NCBI GenBank assembly: GCA_034430895.1
Contig: DAOUDW010000034.1
Location: 90,156-154,155, forward strand
Reading direction: 5' to 3'
Source of the DNA: Anaerolineales bacterium
Lineage (GTDB): Bacteria > Chloroflexota > Anaerolineae > Anaerolineales > E44-bin32
DNA length: 64,000 nucleotides
The notes beneath the pieces were generated by a model. It had not been told where the DNA came from. It ran no database searches and worked only from the letters and a program-made list of their open reading frames with translations. Shown in pieces: positions 9,438 to 19,292 of this stretch. How positions within the stretch are numbered: the stretch's first letter is position 1; each line of letters opens with the position of its first letter. The position numbers and the translations under genes were made by a program.

Positions 9438-12400
9438 CTACGCGACCTCTGTGCCTCGTTGGTAGGCTTTAATGGCTTCTTGTAGTTGATCGTTCTTCAT
9501 ATAGGCATCCCCAAGCAATTGCCATAGGTCTGGTGCTTCGGGTTCCCGATCCAGTGCTAAGTTTATGTCCTCGATCACCGCCTGCAACTCTTTTTTACGT
9601 TTGATTAGCTCGGTGTAATGCAGTTTTGCTTGTTCGATATTGTCCGTTGCGAAGGCTTGCCGGGCGAGATCGAGAATCTCGGAAGGCTCTAATTTTTTCG
9701 GTTTTGCTTTTATAGCACGAGCTGGTTCCGGTTCCGACTCGGGTTCCGGTTCGGGTTCCGGTTCGGGCTCCGGCTCCGGCTCTGGCTCGGGTTCCGGCTC
9801 GGGTTCCGGCTCTGGCTCTGGCTCTGGCTCGGGTTCCGGTTCGGGTTCCGGCTCGGGCTCCGGCTCTGGCTCAGGTTCCGGTTCAATCGCAGCCGCAGTT
9901 GGTATTTCTTCGATTGCTCCTTCGGGTTCAAGGAAGTCAATTTCTTCCATTTCGGCGATGGAATACGTAATCGCCGCTTCTTGTTCCATGGAAGCCATCG
10001 GTGCAACTTCTTCCACGGAGGATTGCTCTTGGATGGGTTCAGGTTGTTCGAATTCGGGTTGCGGTTCTTCACTCGCTGCAAATTCCTCTACCACGGGTTC
10101 GATTTCAGCTGCTGGTTCCATTTCGGGTTCCGCAGATGGCGCTTGTGCAACTTCCTCATGAACCGCTGGAGCAGGGGGTGGGACTTCATCTGCAGCAGGT
10201 CGCAGCCAATCGGGAATCTCGATCTCAATGTCGGTATCGGGATCTCGGTAGACTGGACGTCGGGGTTCTATGGATTCAATGGCCTCGTCCGATTCGATGG
10301 AAGGAACTTCTTCCTCAACTACACCAGAATCCACTCTGGCATGGGAAACCATCGTCGGCGCATCCGGTTCGGGTTGAGAGGCAGCGACCTCCAATAACCA
10401 ATCAGGCGCTTCGTCTTCCGATTCGGCTTCGGGCAATTTGAGTGGCTGGGTTGCCATGCGATCGAGCCAATCGGTTGTCTCTTCGACTTCTCGTTTATCG
10501 TCGATGGAAGTATCCGCCACCGGAATTTCTTCGATCGGTTCAGCTGGAACTGGTTCTCTCGGAGCTGGCGCCACGCTAGGTTCAGCTTGTTGTACAGGTT
10601 CAACCGGGACAGCTTTCTGAGGTGCGGGTGTTTCCTCCCGTATTGGTGCCTCGAGGCTGGGCTCGATTCCTACATCAACATCGAGACCACGCTGCGCTGC
10701 CAGGTCTTCAAGCCAGTCGAGGCCCTGCTGTGGTTCTTCAGGAATATGCTGCTCTTCCATGATGGGCGCGGCAGGAGTACCCATACCTGCGGAGTCTGTG
10801 GCTTGCCAATCTTGCTGTGCGGAGGCATCTTCTTGTTCTACAACCGTTTGTTTGGCTGCGAGATCTTCAAGCCAGTCGAAAACCTCATCGTCTTTCAAAT
10901 CCGTTGTATCAGCAGCAGCGACCTCGTTGGCGAATGCATTCAGTGATCCGGTGTCGACGAGCTTTTGTTCCGCAATCGGTCGTTCTTCTACGGGTGCTGG
11001 CTCCTGATCGATTTCGTCGGTAGCGATTTCCTTAAGCCAATCGATCGTATCTTCTTCGGCAGCCGAGATTTTAAATTCCTGAGAATCTGGCTCGGCAATA
11101 CCATCGAGCCAGGCCGGTGCTTCATCCTCGGATGGGGTTTCTTCCTTTACGTCTTCTGTTGACGGTTCATCAATGCCTTGCAACCAATTCGGGGTCTCTT
11201 GCATGGAAGGCGTCTCGAAGGATGGGGCGGCCTGCTCCATTTCGGGTTTGCCGATACCCGTGAGCCAATCCTCAGCTTCTCCGCTTTGGATCGATTCAAT
11301 CGAAGCCATAGGTTCCACTTGTTCAGCAGCAGGTGTTACCTGTTCGGGTTCGGCGGCCGGTCTATCCGTTTCCTTTGAATCCAGATCCGATAGCCAATCC
11401 AATGTGTCGTCGTCAGGCGCTTTTGCTATCCCTGGTGTGGGTTGGGCAATTTCTGGGCTGGTTTGAACTTCTGGTTGTGTTTCAACAACCTGCGGCATTT
11501 GTTCTGCTTCTTCACCTAGCTTGGTTAAACTCTCTAGCCAACTTGGTGCTTCTACGCTTTTTTCTTGTACTGCTTCGGCGTAGAATTCTTCTTCCTCTTC
11601 TAGTGCGGAGGAAAAATCCTTCTTCGAGAGTTCGACCGAATCAGGAGCGGCTATATTTTGAAGCCAATTTGGAGCTTCAGCTGCGGGTACCGCATCGGGA
11701 GGCGTTACGCTTGGCGTGAGTTCAAAATCGTCAGGTGGGGCAGCTGCTTGTGCTTGGTCTGCACTGTCTTTCTCGGGTGTGAATAGTCCTTCAGGTTGTT
11801 CCCCAACAACCGCTGCTGCATCTGCTTGTGAGCCTGGCTCAATCCCACCTGCATAGGCTTCCGCTGGGGTAGGTTCTTCAATGCCGTGTTCCCTGCTTTC
11901 ATCGAACCATTCGGGAAGTTTGACCTCCGACTTGACTGCAGTTTCTTCACTCACCGGCTCTTCTTCGTCATCGTCGAACGGAATTCCTTTCTTCTTTATT
12001 TCCTGGGATTCGCGATCCCCGAGCCAGGTGATGATTGTGGGAGTTGCTCCGGGTTCTTGCGCACCTAACCAACCTGGAAGCGATCCGGACTCGCCTTCAT
12101 CGTCCAGGTCACTTTGTTGGGATACCGCTTCTTCAATTTCCGGTTCGACGCCAAGTACTGGTTCATCCGAGATGGGTGGGGCGGAGTCGCTTGGGCTGGG
12201 CGCAACTTCACTCATATCTGCCGCGATGTCTCCCAGCCAATCAGGTAAACTGCTTCCGCCGCTTCCACCTTGCGCGGCCGCTTCATCAGGAGCAATATCA
12301 TGCATCCAACTCGGAATTTTAGCCGGCGTGAGTTCGGCATCTTCATCACCCGTCGCTTCATTCTCTGAAGATGATGAGTCGCTGGGCAAGATTCCCGCAT

Positions 12401-13544
12401 CGAGGGAATCAAGTTCATCGTCGCTGAATGAAACCGGTCCTTCCTGAATCTCACCCGTCGACTTTGTCCATCCGGCTTCACTCATCCATTCCGGGATCTT
12501 CGATGCAGCAGATTTTGCTTCTTCCTCTGAAGGTGTTCTTTCTGCTTCAGGAGATGCTGACTCTGAGGGTTCATCCGGCGTAAAGGGGGGAGGGGCATCA
12601 GAATCTTGATTCATATCGCTCGTCGCTTTTTGGGTAGATTTACCGAGTTCTTCGAGCCATGTTGGTTTTGACGGTTTTTTAAGTGTGCCCGAATCGGTGT
12701 CCCCAAGTTTTACTCCTAGAGATGCGGCCCAGGACGGTTTGCCAGGCTCCGTTGATGGCATGGGTTGGCCAGGGCTCCATTCGAGACGTTCCAATTTCAC
12801 ACTGCTTGCATCGACGGTTTCCGGATCGATGCTGGCATCCTCAACGAACGCCATGTACGGGTCAATTGCAGCCAATCGTCGATGGTATGTGCTGGCTTCT
12901 TCCGCTTTATTATTTACTCGAAGCACCGAAACCATAATACGGTTCGCATCCAGGCAATAAGGTAATTTTTCCAGGATTTGATTGCCAACTTCCGCAGCTT
13001 CAAGATATTGATTTGTCCGCCAATACATGGATGAGAGCATCACTTGCAAATCAGGACGTTCAGGGTCTTCATGAAGGGCTGCGCGTAACTCTGCGATCGC
13101 CTGAGAATACAATTCTCCATGTGCGTACATGCGTGCGAGTGCACCGCGCGTCATCCGTACTTTCGCGGGTTCGATTCCATCTCGATTGCCGATCAGTCGA
13201 CGCAGTTCCTGTTGGATCGCTGGATTGGCGGGGTTGGTCTCAAAAGCGCGTTCCATATGCCATATCGCAGAGTCTAAATTGCCTTCATCTTCACGAATGA
13301 TGGCCATTCCAATGTGAGAGACGAAATCATCTGGTGCGGCAGAGAGAACGCGTTGAAATATATCAGCTGCATCACCGTAGCGCTTGGCTTCCAGGTAGGA
13401 TTTGCCCAGCAGACGATAGGTTTCCAGGTGTTTTGGGTAAGATTCAAGGATTCTGCGGCAATGGGAAATCGCCTCATCGAGTTTTTGCTGTTCGATGAGA
13501 TCGTCGATTGCTTTGATATAGGCGCGTAACGTTATCTCTGCCAT
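9438..13544 (-). CDS. Giant (1368 aa) TPR-capped, highly acidic, largely disordered protein with about 20 P-x-W-L motifs and an (EP)27 tract
   Basis: It is a single uninterrupted ORF. The N-terminal ~235 aa and C-terminal ~80 aa have TPR-like periodicity ([18 protein letters not shown]...; [21 protein letters not shown]). The middle ~1050 aa are D/E/P/A/S-rich. I saw no signal peptide or TM helix. Confidence 0.85.
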   Translation of the reverse strand: MAEITLRAYIKAIDDLIEQQKLDEAISHCRRILESYPKHLETYRLLGKSYLEAKRYGDAADIFQRVLSAAPDDFVSHIGMAIIREDEGNLDSAIWHMERAFETNPANPAIQQELRRLIGNRDGIEPAKVRMTRGALARMYAHGELYSQAIAELRAALHEDPERPDLQVMLSSMYWRTNQYLEAAEVGNQILEKLPYCLDANRIMVSVLRVNNKAEEASTYHRRLAAIDPYMAFVEDASIDPETVDASSVKLERLEWSPGQPMPSTEPGKPSWAASLGVKLGDTDSGTLKKPSKPTWLEELGKSTQKATSDMNQDSDAPPPFTPDEPSESASPEAERTPSEEEAKSAASKIPEWMSEAGWTKSTGEIQEGPVSFSDDELDSLDAGILPSDSSSSENEATGDEDAELTPAKIPSWMHDIAPDEAAAQGGSGGSSLPDWLGDIAADMSEVAPSPSDSAPPISDEPVLGVEPEIEEAVSQQSDLDDEGESGSLPGWLGAQEPGATPTIITWLGDRESQEIKKKGIPFDDDEEEPVSEETAVKSEVKLPEWFDESREHGIEEPTPAEAYAGGIEPGSQADAAAVVGEQPEGLFTPEKDSADQAQAAAPPDDFELTPSVTPPDAVPAAEAPNWLQNIAAPDSVELSKKDFSSALEEEEEFYAEAVQEKSVEAPSWLESLTKLGEEAEQMPQVVETQPEVQTSPEIAQPTPGIAKAPDDDTLDWLSDLDSKETDRPAAEPEQVTPAAEQVEPMASIESIQSGEAEDWLTGIGKPEMEQAAPSFETPSMQETPNWLQGIDEPSTEDVKEETPSEDEAPAWLDGIAEPDSQEFKISAAEEDTIDWLKEIATDEIDQEPAPVEERPIAEQKLVDTGSLNAFANEVAAADTTDLKDDEVFDWLEDLAAKQTVVEQEDASAQQDWQATDSAGMGTPAAPIMEEQHIPEEPQQGLDWLEDLAAQRGLDVDVGIEPSLEAPIREETPAPQKAVPVEPVQQAEPSVAPAPREPVPAEPIEEIPVADTSIDDKREVEETTDWLDRMATQPLKLPEAESEDEAPDWLLEVAASQPEPDAPTMVSHARVDSGVVEEEVPSIESDEAIESIEPRRPVYRDPDTDIEIEIPDWLRPAADEVPPPAPAVHEEVAQAPSAEPEMEPAAEIEPVVEEFAASEEPQPEFEQPEPIQEQSSVEEVAPMASMEQEAAITYSIAEMEEIDFLEPEGAIEEIPTAAAIEPEPEPEPEPEPEPEPEPEPEPEPEPEPEPEPEPEPEPEPEPEPEPEPESEPEPARAIKAKPKKLEPSEILDLARQAFATDNIEQAKLHYTELIKRKKELQAVIEDINLALDREPEAPDLWQLLGDAYMKNDQLQEAIKAYQRGTEVA
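9723..9884 (-). repeat. In-frame hexanucleotide tandem repeat (GGYTCN on plus), x27, encoding (EP)24-ES-(EP)2
   Basis: Direct reading gives 162 bp of ggttcc/ggttcg/ggctcc/ggctct/ggctcg units. Codon check: aa 1221-1274 of the giant ORF. The plus-strand (GS)n ORF is its antisense shadow. Confidence 0.95.
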
Positions 13545-13729
13545 GCAGGTACCTCGTTATTAGTATGCTATAGTTGCAAGGTTTGTGCAAGCGAGCGAGG
13601 TTTGAGGTTAATGAGATTCTTAAATATTTCCTAATCGTTCGATTTAACAGAGACTGTCTTAAGAAAATGTCACGAAAAACCTGGAAAACATGCTGAGTAG
13701 CGATTTCGTGACTATCCCTGGCCCTTTTC

Positions 13730-14761
13730 TTATAATCCGTGTTGGGATCGAATGCGATCGATCAACGAGTTAATCGTCGGCTCCGGATAGGGGGCGGGAC
13801 CCAGTCGATCCCCATCAAGTGGCAGATCTTGCGTGGCGAGAAGAACAGCTTGCAGGTTATCTCTCAGTGCCTGTGGATCGTATCCACCCTCCAGGATGTA
13901 GATGATTCGTCCCATGCAGTGTATATCTGCATAGGATTTGAGAAATTCTCCGATTTGATGATATCCAGTAGTGGTTAATTGAAGGTTGGCCAGCGGATCG
14001 TTCCAATGTGCGTCAAAGCCGGCGGAGACCAGGATGATGTCGGGGGAAAAACGCTCGCAGATCGGCGCAACCAGTTCGGTGAAAACCCTTTCGAAGGCCT
14101 GGTCACCGGCACGAGGCGGCAGGGGGATGTTGACCACCGTTCCTTCTCCCTGATCGAGTCCTGTCTCTTCAACAAATCCTGTGCCGGGGTAGATTCCCGT
14201 TTGATGGGTGGAAAGATACAAAACGTCCGCATCCCGTTCGAAAATGTCTTGTGTGCCGTTACCGTGATGGACATCGAAATCCACGATCAAAATGCGTTTC
14301 AAGCCCAGGGATTGTGCGTGACGGGCAGCAATGGCAATGTTGTTGAGAAGGCAAAAACCCATGGCCTTTGTAAATGTAGCGTGGTGTCCGGGAGGACGAA
14401 CCAACGCGAATCCTCGGGACGCTTCTCCGCCGGCAACTCTCGAGACGATTTCAATCGCACCTCCGGCAGCCATTAGTGCTGCCTGGAATGATGCCGGTGT
14501 GACGTAGGTGTCCCCATAATCCACGAAGCCAGGTCCCTGTTTGGCCGCCTGCTCGAGTGCGGATAAATATTCTTGCGGATGTATGGTTGTTATTGTATCT
14601 GCCGCTGCAGCAGCAGCTTCAACAAATGTTACGGCATCACTCACAGGGGGGGGGAATACCTGATCGAAGTATTGAAAACGACGTGGATTTTCCGGGTGTC
14701 CTTCCAGTACATGATCTGGAGAAGGCACAAGCGTATATATGGAAGCATCCGATCGGGTCAT
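13730..14761 (-). CDS. Histone-deacetylase-family Zn amidohydrolase (AcuC / acetylpolyamine amidohydrolase-like)
   Basis: 343 aa. Motifs are RPPGHHA, DFDVHHGNGTQDIF, SAGFDAHWNDPL and EGGY. It starts 54 bp downstream of the priming transferase on the same strand. Confidence 0.85.
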   Translation of the reverse strand: MTRSDASIYTLVPSPDHVLEGHPENPRRFQYFDQVFPPPVSDAVTFVEAAAAAADTITTIHPQEYLSALEQAAKQGPGFVDYGDTYVTPASFQAALMAAGGAIEIVSRVAGGEASRGFALVRPPGHHATFTKAMGFCLLNNIAIAARHAQSLGLKRILIVDFDVHHGNGTQDIFERDADVLYLSTHQTGIYPGTGFVEETGLDQGEGTVVNIPLPPRAGDQAFERVFTELVAPICERFSPDIILVSAGFDAHWNDPLANLQLTTTGYHQIGEFLKSYADIHCMGRIIYILEGGYDPQALRDNLQAVLLATQDLPLDGDRLGPAPYPEPTINSLIDRIRSQHGL

Positions 14762-14815
14762 TAGTTGTATCCTCTTTGTGGGTCAAACGTTGTCACCGAA
14801 TTCCAAGAATTTTAT

Positions 14816-16231
14816 CTAGAATGCACCTCTCCCCATGATGACCGCGATGGGTGTCATCAGCAGAATTCTAATATCCAGCCAGAGAGAGTAGTTGTAGATG
14901 TAATACAGGTCTTCATCGGTGTTGAGGTGCATTGGCTTTTCGCTGCGCCCATTAATTTGCCACCAACCTGTGATGCCTTGTGGAACCGCGAAGCGTTTCC
15001 GTTGCCAGGGTCGATATCGATCTACCAACCAGGGCATCTCCGGACGGGGACCGACGAGAGACATTTCACCTTTCAGAACATTAATGAGTTGAGGTACTTC
15101 GTCCAGGCTGTAGCGTCTAAGGAAACGGCCGACTTTGGTAACGCGTGGATCACCGGCACGTTTGTGAATGACCTCGTTTTCTCCGGCCTCTCGCAATTTC
15201 TCCATCATCTTGATCTCAGCATCTGCGATCATCGTTCGAAATTTAAGCATCTCGAAGGGTTTGCCATTCTCGCCAACACGCGTTTGCCGGAACAGGATTG
15301 GCCCGGCGCTGTCTAGCCGGATGGCGGCTGCAGCTGCGGCCAAAATTGGCGATGATAGGATAACCATTATCAGACTGATAACGAAGTCGAAGACGCGTTT
15401 GATCATCCGAGGTACACCGCGAATAACGGGCTCTCGAAGACCGATAAGCGGGAAACCGCCAAGCATTTCGACATTCGCCTGGACCAATGCCAAAGAGAAA
15501 TAATCCGGAATTACTTTGATCCGTATCGGAAATCGTTCCAGGTTTGCGACGAGGGCGTGTAGTTTGTCGTATGCGCGTGGAGGCAAAGTGCTCCAAACTT
15601 CCGATACGACCTGGCTTTCAACGATTCGAAGCAAGTCGTCAAGCTTACCAAGGACGGGAACCCCATCGATATTCTGTCCTTTAAGATCAGGATCATCATC
15701 CAGGTACCCGATCACCTGGTAGCTTGAAGCATGGTAGCTTCGGATTGTTTTCAATACCTCTCGCCCTAGTGTGCCGGCTCCGATGAAGAGAACTCGGGTC
15801 GGTCCCAGAATAGAATGGTTACGCCTAAGACGTGTATATAGCAAGGTTGCAACTCGAAATGTTGTCATAAGAACGAGGGTGAGGATAAAGATATAGGCGA
15901 ATTGAAGGCGGGAGACTTGGCGGTAGGTCATATAAAGTGAACCGGAAAAAAGAATGGTGGCTGCAGCGGAAGCGGTAACCAATTGCGTGAAACGCGAAGT
16001 CAGTCGACGTGGCCGATCGAAATTATACGCTCCCGACATGACCAATGAACCTGACCAGCAAACGATGGCCAGGATATACACCGGCAGCGGCAAGATTTCA
16101 TCTCCGGTATCCAGTGTCTTTCCGAAGGGAAGCAGCACTCGCAGCCATGTGGCGGTCAACAGGCTGAGGGGAGTGAGGAATATATCCCCGATGGAGAGTA
16201 GAACGGAGAGGCGGCTTATGCGTCGATTCAT
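14816..16231 (-). CDS. Polyprenyl-phosphate glycosyl-1-phosphate transferase (WbaP/WcaJ-type priming enzyme)
   Basis: 471 aa. It has an N-terminal 4-5 TM segment, a Rossmann-like linker (VLFIGAGTLG) and a C-terminal Bac_transf core (ILFRQTRVGENGKPFEMLKFRTM...DPRVTKVGRFLRRYSLDEVPQLINVLKGEMSLVGPRP). Confidence 0.9.
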   Translation of the reverse strand: MNRRISRLSVLLSIGDIFLTPLSLLTATWLRVLLPFGKTLDTGDEILPLPVYILAIVCWSGSLVMSGAYNFDRPRRLTSRFTQLVTASAAATILFSGSLYMTYRQVSRLQFAYIFILTLVLMTTFRVATLLYTRLRRNHSILGPTRVLFIGAGTLGREVLKTIRSYHASSYQVIGYLDDDPDLKGQNIDGVPVLGKLDDLLRIVESQVVSEVWSTLPPRAYDKLHALVANLERFPIRIKVIPDYFSLALVQANVEMLGGFPLIGLREPVIRGVPRMIKRVFDFVISLIMVILSSPILAAAAAAIRLDSAGPILFRQTRVGENGKPFEMLKFRTMIADAEIKMMEKLREAGENEVIHKRAGDPRVTKVGRFLRRYSLDEVPQLINVLKGEMSLVGPRPEMPWLVDRYRPWQRKRFAVPQGITGWWQINGRSEKPMHLNTDEDLYYIYNYSLWLDIRILLMTPIAVIMGRGAF

Positions 16232-16273
16232 ACGATTACCCTGTCACAAGCATATCCATAGTATCGCTGCCAG

Positions 16274-17119
16274 TTACTCGATCGAATAGTGCTTCAATCC
16301 TAACAATTGCGCCGTAATGCGCAGGATAAACACGGGATTGTTATATAGATATCGGCGCCAGAGACGTCCTGGTTCGGAGAGCAAACGAAATAACCACTCA
16401 AGGCCTGCGCGCTGTATCCAGTGTGGGGCATGCGGTTTTCTTCCGGTGAGAAAGTCGAAAGCAGCACCGACGCCGATTAAAACGGGTGCTCGCAGGTGAT
16501 GTATAAACTCGGCCATCCACTTTTCTTGTTTCGGCGTCCCCAAACCTACCCATACGACATCGGCGTTGGATTCGTCGATGCGTTGAATGACACTTGCCTT
16601 TTCTTCACTGGAAAGCGGCCTGAAGGGGGGAGAGTAGGTGCCAGCGATGTGTATTCCCGGGAATCGTTCGTTGAGTGTGGCCGCAAGTTGCTCGGGGACT
16701 CCGGGTGCGCCACCGTAAAGGTAATGTTGGTGGCCTGTAACCGCGGAACGTTCGCAGAGCGCAAGCATCAGATCGGGACCGTAAACCCTTCTGACGAAAG
16801 GGAATCCCCTCATGCGGCTCAACCAAACCAATGGCATTCCATCCGGCGTCACCAAGCCTGCCTGGTTGTGAATTGTTCGGAGATCTGCATCTTTCTGACT
16901 CTCCATGACACCGTGGACGCCCGTAACGCAGACATAATGCTGCTCGCCAGAATCAATCCACTTCTCGATAGTCTCGATCGCCATTTCGGGATCGATCGCG
17001 CTGACGGCGACACCGAGGATGTTTGTGTGCCTTCGTTTCGTGAGGTAAGGATGGTAATCTTTCGTTTTTTTATCGTTATCTTGGCTGTCAACGCTCATTG
17101 TTTTTTCGTGATCTTTCAA
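16274..17119 (-). CDS. WecB/TagA/CpsF-family glycosyltransferase (GT26)
   Basis: 281 aa. Motifs ILGVAVSAI...VCVTGVHGVMESQ...LVTPDGMPLVWLSR...GTPKQEKWM are typical of the TagA/WecG family. Confidence 0.8.
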   Translation of the reverse strand: MKDHEKTMSVDSQDNDKKTKDYHPYLTKRRHTNILGVAVSAIDPEMAIETIEKWIDSGEQHYVCVTGVHGVMESQKDADLRTIHNQAGLVTPDGMPLVWLSRMRGFPFVRRVYGPDLMLALCERSAVTGHQHYLYGGAPGVPEQLAATLNERFPGIHIAGTYSPPFRPLSSEEKASVIQRIDESNADVVWVGLGTPKQEKWMAEFIHHLRAPVLIGVGAAFDFLTGRKPHAPHWIQRAGLEWLFRLLSEPGRLWRRYLYNNPVFILRITAQLLGLKHYSIE

Positions 17120-18293
17120 ATGTATTCATCGCTTGCTGATAGATATCAAGCAGTTGAGGATATACGATTTCTGCGCTGTAATTCTGCAAGTATTTTTTAC
17201 GAGCAAAAGCGCCCATTTCGGTAAGTCGTGCTGTGTTTTGCGTGGACCATTTTGCCAATTTCCTCAATTCGAGTGCATTTCCCGGTGTGAAGAGGAGCCC
17301 GGTTCTTTCGTGTTCAACGATCTCGGGTATGGAACCGATTCTTGTGGCCAGCACAGGAAGTGCGCAGGCAGCGGCTTCGAGTAAGACCATGGGGAACCCT
17401 TCGAACCATTCGGAGGGAAATACCAGAAATCTGGCTTTTTTCATGGTTGCAAGGACTTCATCATGGGCCAGTCTACCCAGAACCTCCACATCTGGCTTCG
17501 ATTGTACTTCAACCTTGCTGCGTACGATATCTTCCATCGGTCCATCGCCGATGATCTTCAATGGTGGTAGCTCTCGATCCTCCCATGCGCGCAACAACGT
17601 CTTGATCCCTTTTTCTGGGCTGAGACGTCCGATGTATAGGGCGTATCCTTCGGATCTGATCCCCGAGCCCGGATCAACAGGCAAGAAGTTGGGTTTGACC
17701 ACCAGACGTTCCGCAGGGTAGCCTCCTCGGATCATCCAATCTCGCATGAACGAGCTCAGCGCGATATAGCGTTGGACTTTTCTGTGCCAGGTAACCATGC
17801 CGCGATGGAAAGCGATCATCGTTGCCACCACTCCGCTCTGGGCTAAGGATTTGTGATAACAGCGGTGGATGACCGCCGGCCAGGGGAATCGCGATCCGAG
17901 GCAGTCATCACAGGGTTCACCGTTACGGAAATGGTTGGCAGCCGGGCAGGTCAAGCGGTAGTTATGCAGTGTTTGTACGACGGGAATGCCATGTTTTGCG
18001 CAAGCAATATAGGCAGCGGGAGAGATACGCAGAAATGTGTTGTGGAAGTGGACCACGTCAGGCGATGTGGTTTGAATGAGGTTCGTCAGTTCGCGTACAG
18101 ATCGACATGACCAGATGGTCTCAATGGCAGCGATGGATTTTGGAATGCGATCCAACTCTGTATTCGAGCGCCGGTATTCGATTACTCGATGTCCCCTCTG
18201 GCGTAGAAGTTGAGCTTCCGATTCAAATACTTGATCCTCTCCACCGGCTTGCCGATAGGCATTATGGGCGAGGAGAATTGAAATGGGTTTCAC
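17088..18293 (-). CDS. GT4-family (GT-B fold) glycosyltransferase
   Basis: 401 aa. It has the C-terminal GRLSPEKG motif and the E-x7-E motif (EGFPMVLLEAAA). It overlaps the next gene by 32 bp. Confidence 0.85.
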   Translation of the reverse strand: MKPISILLAHNAYRQAGGEDQVFESEAQLLRQRGHRVIEYRRSNTELDRIPKSIAAIETIWSCRSVRELTNLIQTTSPDVVHFHNTFLRISPAAYIACAKHGIPVVQTLHNYRLTCPAANHFRNGEPCDDCLGSRFPWPAVIHRCYHKSLAQSGVVATMIAFHRGMVTWHRKVQRYIALSSFMRDWMIRGGYPAERLVVKPNFLPVDPGSGIRSEGYALYIGRLSPEKGIKTLLRAWEDRELPPLKIIGDGPMEDIVRSKVEVQSKPDVEVLGRLAHDEVLATMKKARFLVFPSEWFEGFPMVLLEAAACALPVLATRIGSIPEIVEHERTGLLFTPGNALELRKLAKWSTQNTARLTEMGAFARKKYLQNYSAEIVYPQLLDIYQQAMNTFERSRKNNER

Positions 18294-18323
18294 GAGAAAA
18301 ATACTCCTATGGGCCTTAAGCGA

Positions 18324-19292
18324 TTATTGGACGATGATCTGATTTCTCGACTCGGATTTTGTAATGGTTGGGTATCCATAACGCCAAAGAAGCGGAGCGG
18401 TTAACATCGTGGTGAGATACTTATCTCGAACGCTCAGCTTTCTAACCCACTCCTGATTGGATCGAATACGGGTAGTGCCGGTATTAATACGGATGGGATT
18501 ACCGGAAACGGTGTGATGTTTTCCCAACTTAACGCTGGATGGCTCCTCGAAAAAGGCCAGGGGATCTTGGGCTCCGACAAATTGCAGGATTTTTTCGATG
18601 GCTTTTTTGGGATCCGAAACAAAGTCCTCATAACCGAGTCGTAGGTACGCAGCATGATTATTTTCTTTCCATAATTTCTCGATAACGAAATTCCAAGTTG
18701 TCCACATGATTGCGTTCCTAAGAATACTGTTCTGCATCATATACCGATCCTGAGCTGGATCGAACTTCCGTTTTTTCCATGAATATGCGGTGCCGCGTGG
18801 ATCACGTATGAGATGGAGGATCGATACATGGATTCCGGGCGTCTGGGAGAGGATGAATGCGTAAGCCGGCAGATTGGAGGAATCGATGATGTAATTTACT
18901 CCTGCGGTTTTACGTATGCTTTTGTAGAGAAGAAGAAGTTCGTTCGTATACTGCTGGAAATCGGGGTCGGACACAGGGGTGCTGGAAGTGAGGAGCATCC
19001 GAGGGAGGTTGCGCGTGCGCACGAATCGCTTGTGAAGCTTGATCATATGCTGGGGATCGATTGGTGGATGTTCCTTTTCGAATTCTCTGCGGACTTCTTG
19101 CCAAAAAACGTAATCAGAGAAGGGCTCTCCACAACCACACAATTGGTTTTCGAGGACACCGCTTTCCCAAAAATACCAGAATTCCCCGACGTGGGAAAAT
19201 GCCTCACATTGGCCGAGGATATTCCCAACAATGGTACTTCCACTACGACCCCAGCCTGCGATATAGAGAATTCTTATCTTATTGTCCGCCAT
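18324..19292 (-). CDS. Sulfotransferase-family protein (PAPS-dependent)
   Basis: 322 aa. It has a 5'-PSB-like loop (GWGRSGSTIVG) and a 3'-PB-like motif (LIRDPRGTAYSW). It appears soluble, with no TM helix. Confidence 0.75.
   Translation of the reverse strand: MADNKIRILYIAGWGRSGSTIVGNILGQCEAFSHVGEFWYFWESGVLENQLCGCGEPFSDYVFWQEVRREFEKEHPPIDPQHMIKLHKRFVRTRNLPRMLLTSSTPVSDPDFQQYTNELLLLYKSIRKTAGVNYIIDSSNLPAYAFILSQTPGIHVSILHLIRDPRGTAYSWKKRKFDPAQDRYMMQNSILRNAIMWTTWNFVIEKLWKENNHAAYLRLGYEDFVSDPKKAIEKILQFVGAQDPLAFFEEPSSVKLGKHHTVSGNPIRINTGTTRIRSNQEWVRKLSVRDKYLTTMLTAPLLWRYGYPTITKSESRNQIIVQ

Noticed and set aside
9723-9884. The short tandem repeat, considered as a possible CRISPR or contingency locus
   Set aside because: The unit is 6 bp with no spacers, it lies wholly in frame inside a CDS, and the units are synonymously scrambled. 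It is a coding low-complexity tract, not a CRISPR array.
9640-10161. 173-aa plus-strand ORF with a long (GS)n repeat
   Set aside because: It is the antisense shadow of the (EP)27 tract inside the uninterrupted 1368-aa minus-strand ORF. It has no RBS and no independent support.
16496-17224. 242-aa plus-strand ORF. Similar long alternative-frame or antisense ORFs occur at 22327-22932, 24198-24887, 26886-27434, 31884-32426, 46326-46805 and 63082-63783.
   Set aside because: All lie inside, and opposite to or out of frame with, longer ORFs that carry strong family motifs. Their translations are Arg/Ser/Pro-rich shadow sequences.
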